A stretch of 64,000 nucleotides of DNA from Marsupella aquatica (Eukaryota; Plantae; Marchantiophyta): contig OZ316893.1 of the NCBI GenBank assembly GCA_973895155.1, forward strand, positions 14,042,645-14,106,644, read 5' to 3'. Shown in pieces: positions 54,532 to 64,000 of the stretch (position 1 is the first letter of the stretch; every line of letters starts with the position of its first letter). The translations under genes and the position numbers were made by a program. The notes below the pieces were generated by a model. The model made no database searches. It was not told the origin of the DNA and saw only the letters and a list, made by a program, of their open reading frames with translations.

Positions 54532-54752
54532 CTATACAACTGATCTGGTTAAATATCGAATCTTCTCCACTACAACGGCTTTCGAGGCGTGGTATACCTC
54601 ACTAGTATCCTGCGCTATACTTTTGGCATCGAACGAAGCGCCTAGAAGTCCTTTACGTCCCAATCCAACCGCATACATACCTCTTTCACCTTTCCACGAT
54701 TGTTGTAAGATGGTTTCGGAAAACCATCTTGGGCAAAGAAATTCTCTTCATC
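54532..54752 (-). pseudogene. YUC: Orphan last exon of a YUCCA-type flavin monooxygenase, with a frameshift
   Basis: After a CAG acceptor it reads DEENFFAQDGFPKPS-[frameshift]-SWKGERGMYAVGLGRKGLLGASFDAKSIAQD...*, the YUCCA C-terminal WKGxxGLYAVG motif. No other YUCCA exons were seen in the window. Confidence 0.85.
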
Positions 54753-55278
54753 CTGTATTAGAGGGCATTTCATATGAGTCAAGATGAGTACAATATCTTT
54801 CACAATCGCCTAGAAACAACTGAAGGTCATAGAATTATGATCAGTACAGTGTTGCACTAGAGCGAGCAAAATTTTTGAATCTCATTATGATTTCTTAGGA
54901 AACTGGTAACTCACATTCTCGTTGGCGGTTATTGACAATCAGACGGAACGCCAATCATAATTCCATACATTGACTTCCAATCATAATTATGTATGGAATG
55001 TTTTCAGAGAGTGTTGAAAGTGAGAAATGATAACCCTTAGACTATCGACACACTTTCGAGAGGAATGCGTAGAGTTGGCCCGAATCGAGAAGGCAAGAAG
55101 ACAAGTAGATAGAATTATGATTGGCGTAAGCAGTGCAACTAACAGAAACGCAGTCAAGCTTTGCACTTTCTGCACTCGTTCGGGAGGTTAGTTTGGAAGG
55201 TTACCTTCTGCCACTGCGGGATTCTTAACTGCCATGCTATGTTGTTTCATTTGATTAGTTACTTATTACTTAGTTATA

Positions 55279-55557
55279 GAATTGAACCACAATTCACAAA
55301 AAAGGTGGGCAGTTTGTTACTCGCGGTAAATAAAACTGAAATGCAGGCCTACTCAGGGTAGATGAAACAGTTATTTTTGATTACTTTTTAATGAACATTT
55401 ACGGCATGACATCCTCAATTTTACCAAAATCCTGCCGCAAACACAAATGTTGGCATAATTTCATTGTGGAAACCAATCCGTTCCTGTTTGTAGTGCGCCA
55501 TGATGATGTGGTGCGCTGTGGAGTCAGGAATTTTGGAAGGGACCTCTAGTGGGGTCC
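55279..55557. repeat. Dispersed repeat, copy B (homologous to 23336-23696)
   Basis: Same motifs as copy A; homology ends abruptly after ggacctctagtggggtcc. Confidence 0.85.
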
Positions 55558-56952
55558 AAAATTAGCTTCCAAGAGGAACTTTGGTTTATTGTTACTGAGA
55601 CATCTAAGTGATTGTAGAGAAAGCTTAGTATGTGGAGAGTGATGTGGTATTGCCAATGGGTCTATGGTTCACTAAAGTCCCGGCTAAAGTTCTGTTATGT
55701 GTTCCCATGACCGTCCTCTCTCGTGCAGGGTCTTGTGAGGTGAATGACATACATATCTCCTGTGTTAACTACTTGTGTATGAGTAATTAAGTTGAATTTG
55801 CACAGAAATGCAACTATGTATATGTTGTCTTTCAGTAGGGGTAGCTTACTCAATATAGAAGGTTTCAAAAGGTTTCAGAGGGTTTAGGGCTCTATGCTGT
55901 TAGTCTACATCACGGCCGCCGTGACATTCAAGCCACATAGAAAGCCGTAGAAGGTAGTTGTGCATGGCATGAGCAAGCTGCCAAGTTTTATTCAATGTAT
56001 GCTTACTCTTGAATGAATGAATGAGCACACTGCAAGTCTCCAATACAATTGAATATATCACATTTTTGCTTGATTTTTCCAATCGAGCTCATTCCTTGTT
56101 ACTGTGACAACCTCAATATTTTATTGGATGACAAAATGAAATGTGTTTGAGCTGAAAATTGATTGGTGTGATCTCTAATGTTCAAACTACCTACTGAAAG
56201 ATGTTGGTACATTTGGAACAACTCACTCAATCCTATATATATCCTCAAACATCACTATTTTCCAAATTGCAATCTACGAAATCTATGCACTTTTCTTAAT
56301 TTAGGTACCTAGAGCAAACTTCCAACTAAAACTAATCCAATCACCTTCTTCAAAGGAGTTAACTGATTCTATGTGAATCTAGCTTAAAAGTATTATGCTT
56401 CTGCAAAATAAATGACTTAAGAGACCTTCCCTAGTCTGTGTAGAGTTTTGACAATATAAGATTGAGTGTTAGGAAAGGTTCAAAAAGTTCCAACTTTGAC
56501 CTGTAGGTAGCTTGAACTTAAGATATCACTTCGAACAATTTCTAGCTTGAACAATATTTTTTCCATCATCTATAAAAGAATGATATATAATAAAATCCTG
56601 TTTAGAGGGCATTATGGGATATAATGCGCCCGGAAAACTCCAGCTCAAGCTTTGAAAGGCTAGCTATTATGGGCCATAACGCTCCAAAAAAGGATAGTGT
56701 GATTAAAAGCCTTAGAGGTATTTATTTTTTCTAACTTTAGTAAACATTGAATATAATCTTACTAAAGAGATAGTCCAGATCTCAAACCACACCTGCCCAT
56801 ATAGAAGCCCCTTTCCCTTCTTCCTACTGCACATTTTTGTCAAGCTAGTGGTGAACAATGTACTCACCATGAAAGGAGTAGAATTCACCACAAAAGGTGG
56901 GGCTGAAGCCCATTCCTAGTGAAATTGAATCTGTGTACACTATGTAATGAAA

Positions 56953-57424
56953 CAGCTTTTTATTAACCTGCCCCCAAACTATCTGTGTACACTATGTAAT
57001 GAAATTTCAACAAATTTGTAAGCTGTCCCCCAAACCATTTTATGTACTTCCCTGCCCCCCATTCCATATATGGAATAGTATTCTCTCATTTTGGGGTTCT
57101 GGATATCAGGTGGCAAGGGGTCATTGGCCTGGAATTTTTTCCTTTGTAAAAACGCGGCTCAATGCTGCATTCTCCTGTGTACTTGGGTTGCGATGGGAGG
57201 TCAGGGCTTTGGGAGGTTTTAGGGGGAGCGGAGGTCGGGGGTTCGTGAGGGATTAGGGGGAGCGGAGGTTTATAGGGGGGCGTTTGGCAGGGAGGGGGGA
57301 AGCATCAGTCGGGCAGGGAGAAGCAGTACTCGGCCAGAACCCCAAAGATGAGAAATACTATTTTGTGGAATGGGGGGCAGGGAAGTAAATAAAATCATTT
57401 TGGGGACAGGTTGATAAAAAACTG
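56953..57424. mobile_element. MITE with long TIRs, termini related to the 50410-51488 element
   Basis: cagctttttattaacctg... / ...caggttgataaaaaactg, with inner arms tacttccctgccccccattcca / tggaatggggggcagggaagta. Flanks tgtaatgaaa / tagaatgaaa. Confidence 0.72.
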
Positions 57425-59493
57425 TAGAATGAAAATGATATGTAAGTCCTACTGTAGCATTTTGTGGGTACAGTTATAATTTAACTGGGTTATTATAGTC
57501 CCGGCCCTTTGTAGGTGCAGTTATTAATAGTTTAACTGGATTATTAAGGTCCCGAATGCCCTAAAAAATACGAACGAAGGGCATTTAAGATATGTGGTGC
57601 CTTGTCCAGAACACTTTTTGCATTTTTTGCATTTTGACTCGTCAAGATTTGAATCTATCTTAGTCATCCGTCTAGTCCAAGAGGGGCCTGGTTGAGTCCT
57701 TCACAACAGAAGGGCTGAAGGGGGCTCCAAGAGACGTGAGAGGCCATGCAATTCATTCATCCCCACCAACTGAAATCAGCGCCAGCTTTGCAGGCCATTA
57801 CTACGAAGCACCATATTGTCAGGGCACGGTTTAGTACTCTGAATCATTTAAGATACTCTGAGCGCCATTAATCCATCACTGGCTCAGTGCCACCATGTGC
57901 TTTAATGTGACTCCAGTCGCCTTAGTGCCTCTGATTGCTAATTTGGTGCCTCGTACGCGAGAGTACGAGAAATTCGATGTGAATCTTTCCAATCCTGAGC
58001 GCTCGAGTTGGGTTTCATATAATTATGGGCTCTTTCTTCAATCATGACTGTGAGGGTGCGACACCCACCATTACCCAGCCATCCAGCCGAGCTCGATCGA
58101 GTCCACAATACGGTCCAGCACCGTGTACGATTACTACTGGAGTCGATTGCCCACCTCCAGTCTCCAAGCAAGTGCCTCATGCGCGCGTTTTGGAGTCCCC
58201 TGCATGAGATACCAAAAAGGTCCCTGTGGTACGACATCACTTTATACCAGTTGATGAATTGAATGCTCCCAGTCGGGTTCATGACGCAGGCTGCCTGACT
58301 GCCTGCTCCATGCCCTCGTAAATTTCTGCTCCTTCCATCTTCCATGCATCTGAAACAGACAGCCTATCAACCCACTACTGTACTGTAGTGTTCAAGTCCT
58401 AGTGTTCACGTCCTTTTAAGCTTCAGCAGTTCTTTAAACTTCAGCAGTTCAAGGAGTGGGAGGTTTTAAGCACTCACTGCAGGAAGTGTAGATTGTGTGC
58501 AGCCCGCTCTCTAGCTAAAACCCAGCGAAGAGGTCCGAGCTGAAATTTGAACGTGAGCTTTTGGCCACTCGGTACAAGTGCCTTAGTAGTTACAAATGTG
58601 TATCCTGCCAAAGGCAGAGCTGCGAGCCTCTACACGTGGGTGATTCAATTCGAATTCGAGCGTTGGGACGGCGTTGAGCTCTGCCCATTTCTCGTTCGGC
58701 ACTTCGAGGCCCAGCTTTCTGTTTAGACTAACTTCGGAGACATCTGTGACGGGCACGGCTTCTGACGTTTGGAAAGTTACTCTGGAGTCGTCGAGCTCCC
58801 TTCTACCGGCCGGCCTGGTACTGGCACTTGAACACTTCCATTGCTCATGTCAGGATGTATATGCGGAATGGAATGTATCTTTGGGACCCTGCTCGAATCC
58901 CTGTTTCTGTGTTAGTATATTGCCATATTGTCCTAGGGGGTCAGGTGGGATTGCAGGAGAATTTTTCTCAGCCTCGGTGAGACACCCAGATATTGGTCTG
59001 TAGTCTGCATCGTCAAGATAGACAGAACAATCATAACTATTTATGCATTCGTGTATTTTACTGCAAGTGCGCAAGAATAGATTATATAGATTGACTTCTG
59101 GCTTCTAGGCAATGTTAATCACGGTAACGTGCGCGCGAACACGATGTTTTATGACAAGTATCCACTACTCCCATCTTTAACAGCCCCCTCCTGAGACCTC
59201 TTCCCTGCCCCGACCGTTCTAGGAAAACTGCTTTCGAAATGCTCTAAGTGTAGCTCAGTAGCTTTACTGTCATCGTTTGAGTTTTACTCTTCAACTCGCA
59301 TGTTTCAGTGCTTACTTCAGTGGTCCTCGCTACCATGAACAGCTCCTGAAACATGCGAGTTACATGGTGTGTTTTCCTCAGCAAATTCATGATATTCATA
59401 CCGATTTTAAACTCAACTGACACTGTGGTCTCCTGCGATTGATCTGCAGCAGCAGAGTGAAACATTCACTCCCGTTTGATTCAGGGCGGAAAC

Positions 59494-61971
59494 ATGGCAA
59501 GACCACTCTCATGGAGCATGATTGTGACGGTGATTGTGGTCTTGCTCGGGCACTACCAAGTTTTGCAAGTGAGAGCAGTTGCCCAGGTAGCTCAGTTTAT
59601 TTTTGGAGATTCGTTAGTCGACCAGGGAACCAACAATAACTTAAATTCCATCGCGAAAGCTAACTTCATGCCGAACGGTATTGACCTCGCTGAGTTCAAC
59701 TTTAAACCCACCGGGCGTTTCTGTAATGGTCGGCTCGTCTCGGACTTTCTAAGTAAGTGTGCACGTTCTTACCCCATGCATGGGCTACCTCTTCCTTCCA
59801 CGCCGGGCGAAGTGTTTCATTGATGTCGGAGCAATATCTCCTTCTGTTTATTACCCTGTTTTGGTTTGGGTCTTGAAAGGAATGCTTTGCGAATCAGGTA
59901 AAGTGAATTCCAATAAACAACGACAGGCCAAACCTACAGACAGGCACAAGCTCTATTGATTACCTTTAAGAGAAGGATGTCTAACGCACTTCAAAGTTTT
60001 ATCATTCTGCCTTCGCACTACAGAAGGATGTCTAAAGCACTTCAAAGGTTTATCATTCTGCCCTCGAGCTACAACTCCCACCGGTTGTAGAGCGGTCACT
60101 AGACTTGCCCTTTAGGCAGAGCTTGTTGTCATGACCCAAGCACTTGCTAATGCTAATGGAGCAATATAGTTGTAGACTTTGACTTCGCTGCTAGCGGTGG
60201 TGTGAACGTCTGCCTGTGATTTTGTTGGCGGATTCGTTAACATTTTGCGAATCTAATTGTCTGATCTACCGTCGCAGGCGAATACATGGGCATCCCTCCT
60301 GTCTTGGCTTTCAGCGAAGCGAGTGGACAAGATCTCTTAAGGGGTGCCAGTTTTGCCTCCGCAGGTTCTGGTATTCTAGATGACACGGGCGCCATCTTTG
60401 TAAGTTGTTACGTCTATTGTCTAACTCTGAAGCCTCTAATCTTGGAGATTTGTGGAAGCTTAAGCTCATTTTCAGCAGTTTTGCGTCTCAGAAATTTTGG
60501 CATACATAAACACACTGGAACATTAATTTGGACGATCGAACAATGACTTTTCCTCTGTTTTCACTTCAACACACACATGGATTTCTACGTGCAGTTGGCA
60601 CGGGTTTCCTTGAATCAGCAGATTGCCAATTTCCAGACCGCCAAGTCTCAGCTTGAAGCTCAGTTGGGCCAAGTAGCAGCCGATCTGTTACTTTCCAAAG
60701 CTCTTTTTTCCTTTACAACTGGAGGTAACGACTTGATCAACAATTATCTCCTCCCCATCTCTCCACGGGCCGCTCAATATCCTATTGACCAGTACACGAC
60801 TATAGTAATCAACAGCTACGAAGGACAACTTAAGGTGAGCGATTTGTACTACTTGAATTCGCACTTTTGCAGCAGAAACAGCAATCTTGCAATTTTGCTA
60901 AGTTTCTTCCTTTTGGAGTGGTTGTTTGGCCTTCTCGTCGAGTGACTTGCTAGATTAGCACTGACTTAGGCCTCTGCACGTGAAGTAATACTAGCTGCTT
61001 GGCGACATAGTCCTTTATATGTAAGGAATAGCTCGTCTGAGGCTGGAGATTTTTGGCCATACAAATCTGACTTCTCTCGGATCTCATCATGTACGTAGCT
61101 TGGTTGGAGTAGGACATGACGTCATATTAGGACTGTGAGCATTCATTATGTGGACGATGACCTTGAAAGTATTTGTCCTCAATTTTGATGGTATTCGAAT
61201 TGATGCTTACCGTTGTTTGTTGAGGAGCTTCCATCCCTGACTCGGGGTACGTTGGACTGATATGACACAGCAAGTTTATGCCCTGGGAGCTCGTAAAATT
61301 TCTATTGCCAACATTGGTCCGATCGGCTGCATTCCTGATAAGCTTCAATCGAATAGTGAGGATGGAACCTGTGTAGACCAGTTCAATCAAATAGCGGTTG
61401 GGTTCAATAATAAGCTAAAAGTGATGCTCGACAGTCTCAGCCCACAGCTCCCAGGAGCAATCATCACTTACAGCGATTCATACTCGTTGGTGTCGGACAT
61501 GGTTCACAATGCAGCCAACTACGGTAATCTATCTCCCCCGATTTTGAATTGGTCTACGTCCTTCGAGCTTATCTTCATGCAGTTAACTTAGTCCATCTAA
61601 AATTGCGCGCCTGTCCAGCTTGATTAAGCTCAGCGGTACTACACTAGCAAATTATTTAGTAAGATTTTCACGACAGCTTCCGAGTGAGTTGGAGACATGT
61701 CACTAACAAAGCCGTGCCGACTGTCACTGTCTTGTGTGATGCGTTGATAGGCTTCGAGTCAACGAACGTGGCATGCTGTGGCACAGGAAGATTCAATGGA
61801 CTGATCCCATGCACTGCATTCACCTCGCTTTGCCCCGACCGCTCAAAATACCTATTTTGGGATCCCTTCCATCCCTCAGAGCGAGCAAATAGCATAGTCG
61901 TCCAGAAACTGTTATATGGGCCTCTTTCGACCATCAGTCCGATGAATCTCAGCCAGCTCATTCCACTATGA
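59494..61971 (+). CDS. GDSL esterase/lipase (secreted), 5 exons
   Basis: Exons 59494-59752, 60278-60399, 60595-60834, 61271-61523, 61751-61971. Signal peptide, FIFGDSLVD, PTGRFCNG, GASFASAGSG, GGND, LGARK, ACCG, YLFWDPFHPSE. Confidence 0.95.
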
Positions 61972-64000
61972 TATCCCAGGAACTGTCAAAGGTCCAAGTT
62001 CCCTTTCTTCTCAATGTACAACGTCGATGCAACTGCTGGTTGCAGAGCTGGAAATTTATTTATCACAGGGGCCACTCGAATAGAAAGATCAACTAGCATA
62101 GCTCAAATCTCTTAGGAAAAATTAAGATTCACTGTTCTCTAATTATTTAGTAAAGAAATTCTCCCTCGTTTCTTCCTTTCTACTAGTCTCTGTGATCCAT
62201 TCTTTGTCCACAGTTTGTCCAGAGTGCAAACTTACGTACTGTATGAATCAGATAGTGAAAATTCAAATTAAAGGATTCATACTTCCGTTTACGATGAATG
62301 GCATCCGGGTGTTATCGAATCCTTACAATCAAGATGCGGAAATAAGATTTTTGGATCCTTAATCAAAGGTCATGGAATTTGACGGCCGACCTCTGCATAC
62401 GACGTCGGAATGACCTCGTCTTAGGATTAAGTAGCCATTACTATAGCCTGACGCAAATTTTACAACTACCCATGCACGCCAGGTCAGGCCAGTTCAACAG
62501 CTACAGGTTTCGAATTGTGGGTTCATTTGTAATTAATTTAAAAACATGAATATTTCCACTTCTGCATCGTTGCATTTTCACCGGTTCACATGTACAAATC
62601 GAGCCTCTTTCATAAAGGAGAGGAAACTTAAGGCTACATACTTTCGTACGCGGCGAGTCAGGAGACCTCAAAGTCAAAAGCCAGCCATATCTCGAACGTT
62701 AAGTCTATTTTCAAGACGGATGGTACTTTAGCGTCCTTTGTTTGATGAACCATGTCCCTAGTGAAGGTCCGGAGAGCAAGGTTAGCGGTACTGACACGGA
62801 TCGCTTGTCTGTGATAATCACGAAAGCATTAGTCATGCAAGTCTGTAACAGATAAATGAATTGTGCAGAATCAGAATTTGTTGTAAGAGTATCGTTCAAT
62901 TATACCTGCTTCCCACGCTGTCATAATTGTGGTCATTAATCCCGGTCATCAATACATGTATCTCTGGAAGTACATGCTCTTCGAGTCAGAGATTTCTATT
63001 ACTGGTACGTAACATCCTTCATTGGCCTAGACTGCATACTGAATCAACATCTGCTTCTCATCTATACCGTAGACCGCGTTCGTTCTAGAAGTTATCATGG
63101 TCGACCAGAATGGATCGAGCTCCGTGGACCAAATACTTCAAATATTTTAGAGAGGTCATCGTCCGTCTTCGATCTAACGGTGACACGTACATGATAGAAA
63201 CAAGGCAGAAGTCATGATTCCCAAGAGACAACTACTGTACACACTGAAGCTGCTGTACTAACGAAGCTGGTCACATCTTACGTGAACATCAATAAGATTT
63301 CGCAGTCACAAGCATTACACTTCGAAGACATCACAAAATGGAAGAAGCAGAAGAAGCAGAAGAAGCTTCATCCTTCCATCTACCGTAGTACAATGTTATT
63401 GTACCTTATTATTAAATCCAACACTACCCACAAGCTTGCCAGGCCAAGTGAGTCCGATTGTATGAACGTGAAGTCCTTCATCCACTGCCTGCCATAATAA
63501 TCGACACGTGAGGCGTGGCGGGAACTGTAACAAATTGATTAGTCACCAACCTGGCAGAGCAGACACGACTAAATGTATTCGTGTACAAATTATCGCTACC
63601 TTAGACAGGTGAACTAGTGACAGAATCTGACCGTGCCCAGAAATCATTCGGAGAACTCTATATGGACAATGCAAAGCCGACTTAATGTGTGTCCAGTAGA
63701 TTGATTTGAGTAACATTTAAATAGAAGCATCAGACGTGTGATCTGGTGAGCGAATCATTCTGGCAGAACCCATAATAAGTTATCTCGAGAGTGTTGCTTG
63801 CTTGCTGTCTGTCTATTACAGTAGTTTGATTTGAACCATTCAAATCAAACAGTTCTGTCGTGTTCCAAATTTTTATTTAAATATTTGCCCTGATGCTTCT
63901 TGTTACTTTTGAATATTTGTCCACAGATTTGGTTTGAATTTCAAATTCAAACTGTTCTCTACTGCTCCAGTATTTTTGCCGGAATTGTTTCCGGATAATT

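Noticed and set aside
57938-58345. 135-aa minus-strand ORF upstream of the GDSL gene
   Set aside because: No motif, splice structure or codon signal supports it.

Overview
Eukaryotic nuclear DNA from a non-flowering land plant. It is probably bryophyte-grade: it has GT-AG introns, plant gene families, and a plastid-type chlN fragment, a gene absent from angiosperm plastomes. Intact genes are an ENH1-like PDZ/rubredoxin protein, an intronless S-adenosylmethionine synthetase, a BRAF-like BRO1-domain protein and a GDSL lipase. Between them lie two full-length Ty1/copia LTR elements (a young Bianca-type and an older, decayed Tnt1/Tork-like one), MITEs, MULE remnants and gene fragments. Three signals stand out. 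(1) The Bianca element's single gag-pol ORF is broken only by a 395-bp chimeric plastid insert (chlN fused to 23S rRNA, both sense, microhomology junctions), a candidate for capture of plastid RNA during reverse transcription. (2) A spliced 66-aa transmembrane micro-protein ORF, missed by the ORF track, ends 138 nt upstream of the BRAF-like start and suggests a bicistronic or uORF arrangement. (3) Two ~1.4-kb segments share an end sequence but carry unrelated orphan exons (SDR; YUCCA), a candidate gene-capturing element family. All family assignments come from remembered motifs, not database searches.
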